From NCBI GenBank assembly GCA_944332005.1, contig CALVJD010000027.1, forward strand, positions 1 to 52,244: a stretch of 52,244 nucleotides of DNA, written 5' to 3'. The position numbers and the translations under genes are program-made. Every line of letters starts with the position of its first letter. The first letter of the stretch is position 1. This document shows positions 10,583 to 19,811 of the stretch, in pieces. This stretch comes from an uncultured Bacilli bacterium. Lineage in GTDB: Bacteria; Bacillota_I; Bacilli_A; RF39; UBA660. Under the pieces are notes generated by a model. It did no database searches. It was not told where the DNA came from and saw only the letters and a list, made by a program, of their open reading frames with translations.

Positions 10583-11092
10583 ATGAGCAATAAAAAAGAA
10601 CTAATTGTTTTTGGTGTTTGCATGGTATTGGTTGGTCTTTTTATCTTTGTTTTACCAAGATTAAATGATGTGGTAAGAGATAAAAATAATTTAGAAGAAG
10701 AATTGAATAAACCGGAACCAATTCCCGTTTCTTATCATTGTAAGATGTCATGGGATAATGAAGACTATGGTTATATATTGAATCAAGATGCGACTTATAC
10801 GATCGATGAAAACGAAAAGGTGGTAAAAGCAGTATCGGAACAGTTTTATCAATTTGAAACCAAGGAAGGATATGAACGTTATCAAAAGGAACGTATCAGC
10901 AATGAAAAAATAGAGGGGATTGAACAAAAGGTTACTTATCTGGATGAAGATTTGATCATTCAAATTTATTTGACGAGGGTAATTGATCAAATACCAGAAG
11001 ATAAATTAGATTCTAATTTTCCAAAAACATATGATAATCTTCTCATTTATACAAAAGATCAAGATTGTGAAGTAACTTATAAAAGTGAGTAG
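10583..11092 (+). CDS. hypothetical membrane-anchored protein
   Basis: A single N-terminal TM segment (LIVFGVCMVLVGLFIFVL). The ATG at 10583 has better RBS spacing than the track's GTG at 10574. Confidence 0.5.
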   Translation: MSNKKELIVFGVCMVLVGLFIFVLPRLNDVVRDKNNLEEELNKPEPIPVSYHCKMSWDNEDYGYILNQDATYTIDENEKVVKAVSEQFYQFETKEGYERYQKERISNEKIEGIEQKVTYLDEDLIIQIYLTRVIDQIPEDKLDSNFPKTYDNLLIYTKDQDCEVTYKSE

Positions 11093-11101
11093 TTTACAAA
11101 A

Positions 11102-11128
11102 AAATAGCTAGATTAAAGCTATTTTTTT
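11102..11128 (+). terminator. intrinsic terminator
   Basis: AAATAGCT / AGCTATTT stem followed by a T-run. Confidence 0.65.
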
Positions 11129-11356
11129 AATTTATTTAAGTAAATATAAGGAAGCAGATAGTCGTTGTTTTAATCATACCTATAGTGAGTTAGAATAAAA
11201 ATTTAAAGTCTATAAAATAATAAGAAGGTTAATAAGCAAAAATTCAAAGATTATGAAGATAAGAAAATTAATTGATATTGATAGGCAATCAAGGACGTTA
11301 ATATATATTGATTGATAAGATTATATATAAAAAATGATAAATTATTTATGCAAATA

Positions 11357-11385
11357 TTGATATGAGAACAAATGTTTGCTATACT
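11357..11385 (+). promoter_or_regulatory. promoter with a LexA (Cheo-box)-like operator in the spacer
   Basis: TTGATA (11357-11362), a 17-nt spacer, TATACT (11380-11385). The spacer contains AGAACAAATGTTTG (11365-11378), which matches CGAAC-N4-GTTCG at 12 of 14 positions. Confidence 0.5.
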
Positions 11386-11410
11386 GTACAGTAAGGGGAG
11401 GTTAGTTAAT

Positions 11411-12238
11411 ATGAGTAATATAGAAGAATATACCGAAAAAACTTTTGAAGATATCAAACATATTGATGATAATGGGAATGAATTTTGGGAAGCGAGAGAA
11501 TTACAAGAAATATTAGGATATAAAGAATAGAGATACTTTTTTGCAGTCATTGAAAAAGCTCAAGTTGCCTGCTCACAAAGCAATAATAGTATTAATTCCA
11601 ATTTTGGTGTTAACACCAAAATAGTAAAAACCGGGGTTTCTACAAAAACAATTATCGATTATAAATTGAGTCGTTATGCTTGCTACTTAATAGTTCAAAA
11701 TGCAAATCCAAAATATGAAGCAGTGGCATTCGGACAAACATATTTTGCAGTACAAACCAGAAAAATGGAATTAACAGAAGAAGAATATAGTAAACTAAGC
11801 GAAGATGAAAAAAGATTATATAGAAGAAAACAAACGAAAGACGGAAATAAAATATTATATAAAATCGCCAAAGAAAAAGGTGTAAAAAACTTTGATAGGT
11901 TTACAAATGCAGGTTATAAAGGACTATATAACGGTGAAACTGCGAATGATATTGCAAAAAGAAAAGGTTTAAGGTATAGAGAAGATATACTTGATAAGAT
12001 GGGAAGTGTTGAATTAGGTGCTAATATATTTAGAATAACCCAAACAGAAGCTTTACTTGAAAAACAAGAAAAACCTAATGAAAAAATAGCAACCGATACA
12101 CATTATAAAGTTGGGAAAATAGTAAGAAAGGCAATAGAAGAGTTAGGAGGAACGATGCTAGAAGATTTGCCAACACCTAAAAAATCTATCAAGGAGTTAG
12201 AAAAGGAAGAATTGCAAAAAATTGGAAATAATCAATAA
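11411..12238 (+). pseudogene. dinD: DNA-damage-inducible protein D (DinD)-like gene interrupted by one in-frame TAG
   Basis: The ATG at 11411 and the track ORF 11666-12238 share one frame. The only stop between them is TAG at 11528-11530. The joined product carries SRYACYLIVQN, GQTYFAVQTR and LGANIFRITQTE, which resemble DinD. Confidence 0.75.
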
Positions 12239-12451
12239 ATATAAATGGTATTTATATAAAAAAATAATGAAAATAAAGAATATTTTCGATTTTTCTGGAA
12301 ACGCCAAAACTGAGACGACTAACAAATCGTTATATTTTGCCTAATGTGAGATATCGCAATTACATGATATTTATCATATGTGATTTTAATGAAAAACAAA
12401 TAATAGATAGAATTTATAAATTCACGTTTTATAAAAAAATCATAGAAATGC

Positions 12452-12480
12452 TTGACAAACATATGATTATAGAGTAGAAT
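12452..12480 (+). promoter_or_regulatory. sigma-A type promoter of the infC-rpmI-rplT operon
   Basis: TTGACA (12452-12457), a 17-nt spacer, TAGAAT (12475-12480). Confidence 0.6.
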
Positions 12481-12615
12481 GTAAGAGAACTGAAAAAGGA
12501 AAGCAGGTATCCACTACCTCACCCGATGATTATAGACATGGGTAAAGAGCCATTTATTACAAGAAAATTGTATAAATTATGCTTATTAGGTGGATACGAT
12601 TGTATTCACTTTTTT
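12481..12615 (+). ncRNA. infC operon leader with a terminator/attenuator hairpin (L20-leader-like)
   Basis: The untranslated leader is about 150 nt. GTGGATAC (12590-12597) pairs with GTATTCAC (12602-12609) across a GATT loop and is followed by T6, directly before the infC RBS. This position matches the L20-autoregulated leader of Firmicutes. Confidence 0.5.
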
Positions 12616-12631
12616 ATTGGAGGTGTCACAT

Positions 12632-13162
12632 ATCGCAAGTAAAGAAAGAGATTTGTATATCAACGAGCAAATACGTGCGAAAGAAGTAATGGTAATTGGG
12701 CCAAATGGGGAGCAACTTGGAATTAAACCTTTAAAAGATGCATTGACGCTTGCTAGTTATGCTGGATTTGATTTAGTTTTAATGAACCCAGGAGCTACTC
12801 CGCCGGTTTGTAAGATTATGGATTACAACAAGTTCAAATACGAGAACAAGAAAAAACAGAAAGAAAATATGAAACGTCAAAGAGAAAATAATTTAGAGAT
12901 GAAGGAATATCGTTTTTCTGTTACGATCGATGTTCACGATTTTGATACTCGTGTTCGCAACGCTAGAAAATATCTTGAAAAAGGACATCGCATCAAAGCT
13001 TCGGTTAAGTTTAAGGGAAGAGAACTCGCTTATCCTGAACATGGCCGTGACGTGTTGGTTCGATATGCAAACGCTTTAGAAGATGTTGCTACCATAGAAC
13101 AGGCTCCACAAATGGAAGGCCGTTTTATGAACATGATACTTATGCCAAAAAAAGAGAAATAG
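12632..13162 (+). CDS. infC: translation initiation factor IF-3, probable non-AUG (ATC) start
   Basis: Conserved IF-3 sequence (INEQIRAKEVMVIGPNGEQLG...). GGAGG (12619-12623) lies 8 nt before ATC at 12632. The track's start at 12590 falls inside the attenuator stem. Confidence 0.85.
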   Translation: MASKERDLYINEQIRAKEVMVIGPNGEQLGIKPLKDALTLASYAGFDLVLMNPGATPPVCKIMDYNKFKYENKKKQKENMKRQRENNLEMKEYRFSVTIDVHDFDTRVRNARKYLEKGHRIKASVKFKGRELAYPEHGRDVLVRYANALEDVATIEQAPQMEGRFMNMILMPKKEK

Positions 13163-13172
13163 GAGGAAAGTT

Positions 13173-13361
13173 ATGCCAAAAATAAAAACGCACAAAGGTA
13201 CTGCTAAAGTTGCAAAAGTACGCCCAGGTGGTACGATTAAAATTGGGCATCCTGGTACTAGACATAATACAGGAAAGAAAAATGCTGCTTCTAACAGAGT
13301 GGGAAGAAAAGCATCTGTTATGAGTAAATCTGATATGAAGAGATTAAAATCTGTTTTATAA
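13173..13361 (+). CDS. rpmI: 50S ribosomal protein L35
   Basis: MPKIKTHKGTAKV... is a typical L35, and the position between infC and rplT is conserved. Confidence 0.95.
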   Translation: MPKIKTHKGTAKVAKVRPGGTIKIGHPGTRHNTGKKNAASNRVGRKASVMSKSDMKRLKSVL

Positions 13362-13381
13362 TAATTTGAAGGAGGAATAGT

Positions 13382-13921
13382 ATGCCAAGAGTTAAAGGTG
13401 GAACGATTCATCGTGCTAGACGTAAAAAAGTGATGGATCAAGCAAAAGGATATTTTGGAAGTAAACATAGATTATATAAGACTGCAAAAGAACAAGTAAT
13501 GCATTCTTTACAATATGGTTACCGTGATAGAAAACAAAAGAAAAGAGATTTTAGAAAGTTATGGATTATGAGAATTAATGCTGCTTGTAGACAAAACAAC
13601 ATTAGTTATTCTAAATTCATCAATGGATTAAAAAAAGCAGGAGTTACGATTAATCGTAAGATGTTATCAGAAATTGCCATCACAAATCCGGCTGCATTTA
13701 CAAAATTAGTAGAAGTTGCGAATGCTGGTTTAAAGGGAGAAAAAGAGGAAGTTAAAGCTTCAAAAGCTACTGTTAAGAAAGAAGCTCCAAAAGCAAGCAA
13801 AAAAGAAGAAAAAGATCTTTCTAAAATGACGGTTGCCGAATTAAAAGCACTTGCCAAAGAAAAAAACATCGAAGGATATTCAACAATGAAAAAAGCTGAT
13901 TTATTAGCAGTATTGAAATAA
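13382..13921 (+). CDS. rplT: 50S ribosomal protein L20 with a ~60-aa C-terminal extension (179 aa)
   Basis: The first ~118 aa are canonical L20 (MPRVKGG...[11 protein letters not shown]...). A Lys/Glu-rich linker and [30 protein letters not shown] follow in frame. Confidence 0.95.
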   Translation: MPRVKGGTIHRARRKKVMDQAKGYFGSKHRLYKTAKEQVMHSLQYGYRDRKQKKRDFRKLWIMRINAACRQNNISYSKFINGLKKAGVTINRKMLSEIAITNPAAFTKLVEVANAGLKGEKEEVKASKATVKKEAPKASKKEEKDLSKMTVAELKALAKEKNIEGYSTMKKADLLAVLK

Positions 13922-13967
13922 TCACTTTGTGATTATTTTTTTGACCTATGAAGGAGGATATGATAAT

Positions 13968-14432
13968 ATGGAATTAAAAGAAAAAGAACAAATTATAATT
14001 CAATTGGAATATCAAAATAATTCATCTGTTTTTCCACAATATCATGTATATCATTATGATTCTGATCATAAATTAAAATATCAGTATCAAACTGATTTGA
14101 TACAAGAAGTATTTCCTAATCAATCATTATTGACATTTGGGTTTCATCGCCTATTAAATCATGGCTTTATTTTGTGTTTAGAAAAAAGAAGGAATCAATA
14201 TTACTTGAATAGTTATTTACAAGCGAAAGATGATTTTGTTTCTGTTTTTGATAAACCAGTAAAGGCTCCCTCTTTAGCACAATTAGATTATGAGGGTGGA
14301 ATGAAATATGCATGGTTGTTAGATCATTTTGGTAACCGATCTTGTCACGCTTCTTTTGAATCTTTTTTACAAGATATGAAAGAAGAGTTAAAGAGGGGAA
14401 AAGAAAAAACGTTAAAAATTTCTTTAAAATAA
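13968..14432 (+). CDS. hypothetical protein
   Basis: ORF with an ATG at 13968 downstream of GAAGGAGG. I recognise no family. Confidence 0.5.
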   Translation: MELKEKEQIIIQLEYQNNSSVFPQYHVYHYDSDHKLKYQYQTDLIQEVFPNQSLLTFGFHRLLNHGFILCLEKRRNQYYLNSYLQAKDDFVSVFDKPVKAPSLAQLDYEGGMKYAWLLDHFGNRSCHASFESFLQDMKEELKRGKEKTLKISLK

Positions 14433-14443
14433 GTAGGTGTAAG

Positions 14444-14977
14444 ATGAGGAATTTATATATTGATTTCGATGGTGTTATTATGGATACCATTACGACGATT
14501 AATCGCATTATGAAAGAACTTCACATCGACGAACGTAATCCTGAAGAAGTTCTACAGTTTTATGAAACTTTAAATTGGAAGAATATTTTAGCCATTACTC
14601 CCGAAATTAATGATGGGATTGCGTGTATTCAAAAGATCTTAGATGCGGATATATTTGATATCGCAATTTTAACTCATGTGAATTCTTTGGATGAAGTGAT
14701 CGAAAAAGTTTTCTTTTTACGTAAGTATTTTGGAAATATCACGATTATTCCTGTTCCTAAGAAAATATCGAAAACTAAGATGGTTCATGCGGAAGATGCT
14801 ATTTTAGTGGATGATTATAGTGGTAATTTAAGAGAGTGGGAAGAAGCTGGTGGCATTGGGGTTCGATTTAATCTAAGATTAAATGGAAAAGGGTTTCGTG
14901 TGATTGATCGTCTAGATCAATTGCTAGAACTAGATTTCACGCCAAATTTGACTTTTAAAAAAAACATGATACAATAG
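14444..14977 (+). CDS. HAD-superfamily hydrolase, 5'(3')-deoxyribonucleotidase-like
   Basis: N-terminal DxD motif (YIDFDGVIMDT) and a C-terminal LVDD motif. Confidence 0.6.
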   Translation: MRNLYIDFDGVIMDTITTINRIMKELHIDERNPEEVLQFYETLNWKNILAITPEINDGIACIQKILDADIFDIAILTHVNSLDEVIEKVFFLRKYFGNITIIPVPKKISKTKMVHAEDAILVDDYSGNLREWEEAGGIGVRFNLRLNGKGFRVIDRLDQLLELDFTPNLTFKKNMIQ

Positions 14978-14998
14978 CAGACATTGAGTGGTGATAAC

Positions 14999-15934
14999 AT
15001 GAAAAAAAAGAAATATGTCGATTTTGAAGAATTACTGCAAAGTATTGAACAATTAGATTTATCGAAATTAGATTGGATTATCGAAGATATCAGTCTTCAG
15101 TATCAAGCATATTTAAAGAATCTTCATGAGCTTCCTTTGGAAGAACGAAAACAATTTTTAAATATAGCTTGGTTTGATGAAATGATTGCGAATCAAGCAA
15201 TGGAAGGGGAAACGAAGAAAGGAACGTATCTCCAGTTTATGGAAAATGAACGTAAAGGTAAGAAAATGATGTCCAAATACACTAATATTACGCTTCATGC
15301 TGGCCGCCTACAAATCCGTGATTTTCAACGTCTTCATTCTATGCTTCTGAAAGGAACAAGTTTAGAAAAGAACAAAAATTATAGTCTTCGTTCGGATGAT
15401 CAAAAATGGGTTGGGTATATGGGTGAAAATGGATATCCCAAGATTCAATATATTCCTCCGCGTTCGAACAAAATTAAAGATTGTTTAGAAAAAATATTAG
15501 TTTATATGAACAATAAAGAAAACGTTGGTACGAAAGAAAATCCTAGTCGTTTATACCAAACGTTCGAACAAGAACCATCAAAATTTGCTTATCCTATTTT
15601 TATAAAACCAACGATTACCCATGTTTTATTATCGATTTTACAGCCTTTTGATGATGGAAATACGAGATTAGCACGATTGATGCAAGATGTTCAAATTTAT
15701 CAAGAAACCAATCGTTTATTTAACATAAAACCAATTACGAAGTTACCTTATATTTCGTTATCACAACAATATTATCAAAGAGGCGTTGCTTATCGTGATA
15801 ATATTGCTAAAATTGCTCAAAATCCTAGTAATGATACATGGAAGCAATTTATTTATATGAATTTAGGATGTATTGAAGATGAATTAAATTCTTTGCAAAA
15901 GTCGCTTTCTTATCGTAATAAAAGTAGTAATTAA
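14999..15934 (+). CDS. Fic/DOC-family-like protein with a degenerate active-site motif
   Basis: QPFDDGNTRLAR (15641-15676) aligns with the Fic motif HPFx[DE]GNGRxxR, but His is replaced by Gln and Gly by Thr. Confidence 0.55.
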   Translation: MKKKKYVDFEELLQSIEQLDLSKLDWIIEDISLQYQAYLKNLHELPLEERKQFLNIAWFDEMIANQAMEGETKKGTYLQFMENERKGKKMMSKYTNITLHAGRLQIRDFQRLHSMLLKGTSLEKNKNYSLRSDDQKWVGYMGENGYPKIQYIPPRSNKIKDCLEKILVYMNNKENVGTKENPSRLYQTFEQEPSKFAYPIFIKPTITHVLLSILQPFDDGNTRLARLMQDVQIYQETNRLFNIKPITKLPYISLSQQYYQRGVAYRDNIAKIAQNPSNDTWKQFIYMNLGCIEDELNSLQKSLSYRNKSSN

Positions 15935-15957
15935 TACTATTTTTATTTTTTACTTTA

Positions 15958-15984
15958 TTAGCACTCTTTATTGACGAGTGCTAA
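15958..15984 (+). promoter_or_regulatory. CIRCE operator (HrcA binding site) overlapping the clpB promoter
   Basis: A perfect TTAGCACTC-N9-GAGTGCTAA. TTGACG (15971-15976) lies inside it, followed by a 17-nt spacer and TATAAT (15994-15999). Confidence 0.85.
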
Positions 15985-16053
15985 TAAATGTGATATAATG
16001 AATACGTTGGTATAAATGTAAGAATAATTTATACCATAGAAAGGGTGATTGGT

Positions 16054-18162
16054 ATGAATATAAATCAAGAACAAGAAGAAAATGTTTTAGAAAAATATGG
16101 TCGTGATATTGTCGAAGCTGTTAAAGCAGGGAAAATGGATCCGGTCATTGGTCGTGATGATGAGATTCGTAGTATCACACGTATTTTGTCACGTAAAACG
16201 AAGAATAACCCTGTCTTAATTGGTGAACCTGGTGTTGGTAAAACCGCAATTGTAGAAGGGCTAGCGGAGCGTATTGTCAAAGGAGATGTACCAGATAGTC
16301 TAAAAAACAAACATATTTGGGAATTAGATCTTGGTGCTTTGATAGCAGGTGCTAAATATCGTGGCGAATTTGAGGAACGTTTGAAAGCTGTTTTGAAAAA
16401 AGTGAAAGAATCAGATGGCGAGATCATTATGTTTATCGATGAAATTCATATGATTGTTGGAGCAGGCGGACTAGAAGGTGCGATGGATGCTGGCAACATG
16501 TTAAAACCAATGCTAGCTCGTGGAGAAATTCACTGTATTGGGGCTACCACTTTAAATGAATATCGTAAATATATCGAAAAAGATGGAGCCTTAGAGCGTC
16601 GTTTCCAAAAGGTAATGGTAAAAGAACCAACGGTAATGGATACGATTACGATTTTACGTGGATTAAAACAACGTTTTGAAGTTTACCATGGAGTTAATAT
16701 TAAAGATCGTGCTTTAGTTGCAGCCGCAACGCTTTCAGATCGATATATTACCGATCGCTTTTTACCGGATAAGGCGATTGATTTGATCGATGAAGCATGT
16801 GCGACAATCAAAGTACAAATGGATTCGGTACCAGAGGAATTAGATACATTAACAAGACAAATTATGCAACTTGAAATTGAAAGACAAGCTTTGAAAAAAG
16901 AAAAAGATGAAATATCGAAAAATCGTATTATCGAGATTGATACAGAAATGAATTCATTAAAAGAAAAAGAAGCAAAATTACGTAATGATTGGCAACAAGA
17001 AAAGACCATTAATGAACAGATCAATAAGAAAAAAGAAGAAATTGAAAAAAATCGCTTTTTATTAGATCAAGCTGAAAATCGTTATGATTTAGAGACAGCT
17101 GCTAAATTACGCCATGGAACGATTCCTAAACTAGAAAAAGAATTGCAAGAGTTACAACAGAAAGATAGTTCTAAGATTTTAAGTGATACAGTCGATGAAG
17201 AAAGTATTGCGGAAATTATTTCTAAGTGGACGAATATTCCGGTTGCGAAATTAGTGGGAGGAGAGCGTGAAAAATTAATTCATCTAGAGGAAAACATGAA
17301 AAAGCGTGTTAAGGGACAAGATGAGGCCTTAAAATTAGTGAGTGAAGCCATTATTCGTGCTCGTGCCGGTATCAAAGATCCTAAACGACCAATTGGTTCC
17401 TTTATCTTCCTGGGGCCTACAGGAGTTGGAAAAACGGAAGTGGCACGTACTCTTGCTTATGAACTATTTGATGATGAACGTCATATGGTTCGTATTGATA
17501 TGAGTGAATATATGGAAAGCTTTTCTGTATCGCGATTATTAGGAGCACCTCCAGGATATGTAGGTTATGATGAAGGAGGACAATTGACAGAAGCTGTTCG
17601 TCGTAATCCATATAGTATCGTCTTATTTGATGAAATTGAAAAAGCTCATCCTGATGTTTTCAATATTTTATTACAAATCTTAGATGATGGACGTATTACC
17701 GATTCACAAGGACGTACTGTCGATTTTAAAAATACGATTATCATTATGACTTCTAATCTTGGAAGCGAATATATTTTGGAAGGAAAGGAAAATGCTAACG
17801 AGTTAGTAATGAACGAGTTAAAACATCATTTTCGCCCAGAATTTATCAATCGTATCGATGAAATTATTATCTTTAAGTCCTTAGATAAAAAAGTCGTTTA
17901 TGATATCTTAGATAAGATTATAAAAGAGATCGAAGATCGTTTAAGTGATAAGAAAATTAAGATTGAATTAACCGAAGAAGCTAAGAAATTTATTATCGAT
18001 CAATCTTACGATGAAAAATTTGGAGCTCGTCCAATCAAACGTTATGTGAGTCGTAATTTGGAGACTTTGATCGCGAATGAAATCATCATGGATCATATTC
18101 CATTTGATTCGACGATCGTCGTTGCACTCGACCATAATCAACTTATTTTGAAACAGAAATAA
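16054..18162 (+). CDS. clpB: ATP-dependent chaperone ClpB, short form lacking the N-terminal domain
   Basis: Two AAA+ modules (GEPGVGKTA and GPTGVGKTE) flank a long coiled-coil middle domain. The protein starts at the LEKYGRD...[11 protein letters not shown] region. Confidence 0.9.
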   Translation: MNINQEQEENVLEKYGRDIVEAVKAGKMDPVIGRDDEIRSITRILSRKTKNNPVLIGEPGVGKTAIVEGLAERIVKGDVPDSLKNKHIWELDLGALIAGAKYRGEFEERLKAVLKKVKESDGEIIMFIDEIHMIVGAGGLEGAMDAGNMLKPMLARGEIHCIGATTLNEYRKYIEKDGALERRFQKVMVKEPTVMDTITILRGLKQRFEVYHGVNIKDRALVAAATLSDRYITDRFLPDKAIDLIDEACATIKVQMDSVPEELDTLTRQIMQLEIERQALKKEKDEISKNRIIEIDTEMNSLKEKEAKLRNDWQQEKTINEQINKKKEEIEKNRFLLDQAENRYDLETAAKLRHGTIPKLEKELQELQQKDSSKILSDTVDEESIAEIISKWTNIPVAKLVGGEREKLIHLEENMKKRVKGQDEALKLVSEAIIRARAGIKDPKRPIGSFIFLGPTGVGKTEVARTLAYELFDDERHMVRIDMSEYMESFSVSRLLGAPPGYVGYDEGGQLTEAVRRNPYSIVLFDEIEKAHPDVFNILLQILDDGRITDSQGRTVDFKNTIIIMTSNLGSEYILEGKENANELVMNELKHHFRPEFINRIDEIIIFKSLDKKVVYDILDKIIKEIEDRLSDKKIKIELTEEAKKFIIDQSYDEKFGARPIKRYVSRNLETLIANEIIMDHIPFDSTIVVALDHNQLILKQK

Positions 18163-18165
18163 AGA

Positions 18166-18199
18166 AATACGTTCTTTGTGTATCAAAGAACGTATTTTT
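18166..18199 (+). terminator. intrinsic terminator after clpB
   Basis: 12-bp stem AATACGTTCTTT / AAAGAACGTATT followed by T's. Confidence 0.75.
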
Positions 18200-18291
18200 C
18201 ATAAATCGAAAAGAATTGCAAAAAAAGTGTAAATAAATTGCGAAAGAAGTCTAGGTATGTTACAATGATATATAAGATTGGAGTTGTAATT

Positions 18292-18813
18292 ATGGAAAAA
18301 TATATACCAGATATTTATCAAAAAAGTATATATGCAATTGATTATCAGAAACTAGCGAGTCGTGGCATCAAATGTTTATTAGTTGATCTAGATAATACAT
18401 TGGTTGCGACGACAATCAAAAAACCGAATCAAAAAATTAAAAATCTTTTTCATGATTTGAAAGAACAAGGATTTCGCATCATTTTGTTTTCGAATAGTTC
18501 TAAACATCGCTTAAAACCATTTGGAGATGAATTAGAAGTAGAATATTGTTATCGTGCTTTTAAACCACGTAGTAAGAAATATCGTAATATTATGCAAAAT
18601 TATCATTTAGAAGAAAGTCAAGTGGCGATGATTGGGGATCAACTACTTACCGATATCGTAGGAGGAAATCGAGTGGGAATTACAACCATATTAGTGAATC
18701 CTGTAAGTAATCATGATGGCTTTTTTACACGTTTTAACCGTATGTATGAACGCCATATTTTGAAAAAATTACGTGAACGTACTTTGTTTACAAAAGGAAA
18801 ATATTATGATTAA
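18292..18813 (+). CDS. yqeG: YqeG-family HAD phosphatase
   Basis: LVDLDNTLV motif and the conserved yqeG-yqeH pairing. The track's start at 18238 coincides with the -35 TTGCGA of a TTGCGA-17-TGtTACAAT promoter. Confidence 0.8.
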   Translation: MEKYIPDIYQKSIYAIDYQKLASRGIKCLLVDLDNTLVATTIKKPNQKIKNLFHDLKEQGFRIILFSNSSKHRLKPFGDELEVEYCYRAFKPRSKKYRNIMQNYHLEESQVAMIGDQLLTDIVGGNRVGITTILVNPVSNHDGFFTRFNRMYERHILKKLRERTLFTKGKYYD

Positions 18814-19798
18814 ATGTGAGGGATGTGGAATACCACTACAACAAGAAAAAAAGGACGAACTTGGCTATACTAAAAATATGGGGAGTAAGTTATGTGAGAG
18901 ATGTTTTCGCATTCGTCATTATGGAGATTATCGTAAAGTTACGAAGAATAATGAAGAGTATGTGAAAATTTTAAAATATATCAATCATACGAAAGACCTC
19001 GTTTTGTTGGTAGTAGATTTATTTCATATGAATGAAAACTTTCATTTGATTCAAAAAGAATTAAAAAATAATCCTATTTTACTAGTTTTAACGAAACGAG
19101 ATTTGCTTCCTAAGAACATTTACGAAGAAAAATTAATTGGTTATATGAAGCAATTCCATCTACAAGCAGTTGATTGTGTAATCATTAGTAGTACCAAAAA
19201 CTATCAATTCGATCTCTTGATGAAAAAGATTCGTCAATATCAAAGTTCAAAAGATGTCTATGTGGTAGGATATACCAATGCTGGGAAATCGACCATGATG
19301 AATCAGATTATCTATCATTATTCAGATTTAAATAGAACTCTTACTACTAGTATGTTACCTTCTACGACGCTAACTGAAATTAAAGTACCAATTGATGATG
19401 AGTTAACATTAATTGATACCCCTGGTATTCTAGAAGAAGGAAGCATTCTCAATCAAATTGATACTTCTTTATGGAAGAGGGTTTTACCAAAAAAAGAAAT
19501 TCGACCTATTACTTATCAAGTGAAAAAAACACAAACCTTTTTGATTACAGGACTTTTACAATTAGAGTGTCAAGATGACAATAATTTAACATTTTATGTT
19601 TCGAATCAATTATTGATAGAACGAAAATATCAAGCTAGTTCAGAAGTGATAGGATGGGAAAGACACCTTTTAAAAGTAAAAGGAAATCAAGATATTGTAA
19701 TTACAGGACTAGGGTTTATCAAAGTCATGAAGATGGGAACGATTATCGTTGACACATTACCGGGAGTAAATGTGTATTTAAGAGACGCTTTTATTTGA
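18806..19798 (+). CDS. yqeH: ribosome biogenesis GTPase YqeH
   Basis: N-terminal CxxC...CxxC zinc finger and circularly permuted GTPase motifs (LTKRD, GYTNAGKST, DTPG). Confidence 0.85.
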   Translation: MIKCEGCGIPLQQEKKDELGYTKNMGSKLCERCFRIRHYGDYRKVTKNNEEYVKILKYINHTKDLVLLVVDLFHMNENFHLIQKELKNNPILLVLTKRDLLPKNIYEEKLIGYMKQFHLQAVDCVIISSTKNYQFDLLMKKIRQYQSSKDVYVVGYTNAGKSTMMNQIIYHYSDLNRTLTTSMLPSTTLTEIKVPIDDELTLIDTPGILEEGSILNQIDTSLWKRVLPKKEIRPITYQVKKTQTFLITGLLQLECQDDNNLTFYVSNQLLIERKYQASSEVIGWERHLLKVKGNQDIVITGLGFIKVMKMGTIIVDTLPGVNVYLRDAFI

Positions 19799-19811
19799 TA
19801 AAGAGGATTTT

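Noticed and set aside
11528-11530. TAG reassignment (for example pyrrolysine or a sense codon) as an explanation for the two in-frame TAGs at 11528 and 19938
   Set aside because: TAG clearly ends several conserved genes at their expected C-termini in this window (nfo, infC, the GT2 gene, nrnA, the prepilin gene). Global recoding is therefore not supported, and nonsense mutation or base-call error is the simpler explanation.
11251-11550. 99-aa minus-strand ORF
   Set aside because: It overlaps the dinD promoter and N-terminal coding region on the opposite strand. It is low-complexity, has no RBS, and is probably an AT-rich shadow ORF.
12290-12340. Possible TPP riboswitch fragment (CTGAGA) or small ORF in the gap between dinD and infC
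   Set aside because: None of the other THI-box elements is present. The 25-codon ORF has no RBS. The stretch is probably decayed intergenic DNA.
12590-12631. ORF-track GTG start for infC at 12590
   Set aside because: It lies inside the leader terminator stem and adds a non-conserved N-terminus (MDTIVFTFLLEVSH). The RBS is positioned for the ATC at 12632.
16065-16427. Numerous antisense or alternative-frame ORFs in the track (for example 16065-16427 -, 8635-8973 -, 13076-13468 -, 4010-4249 +, 41192-41446 -, 46062-46409 -)
   Set aside because: All are embedded in well-supported conserved genes. They lack RBS signals and have the skewed composition typical of shadow ORFs.
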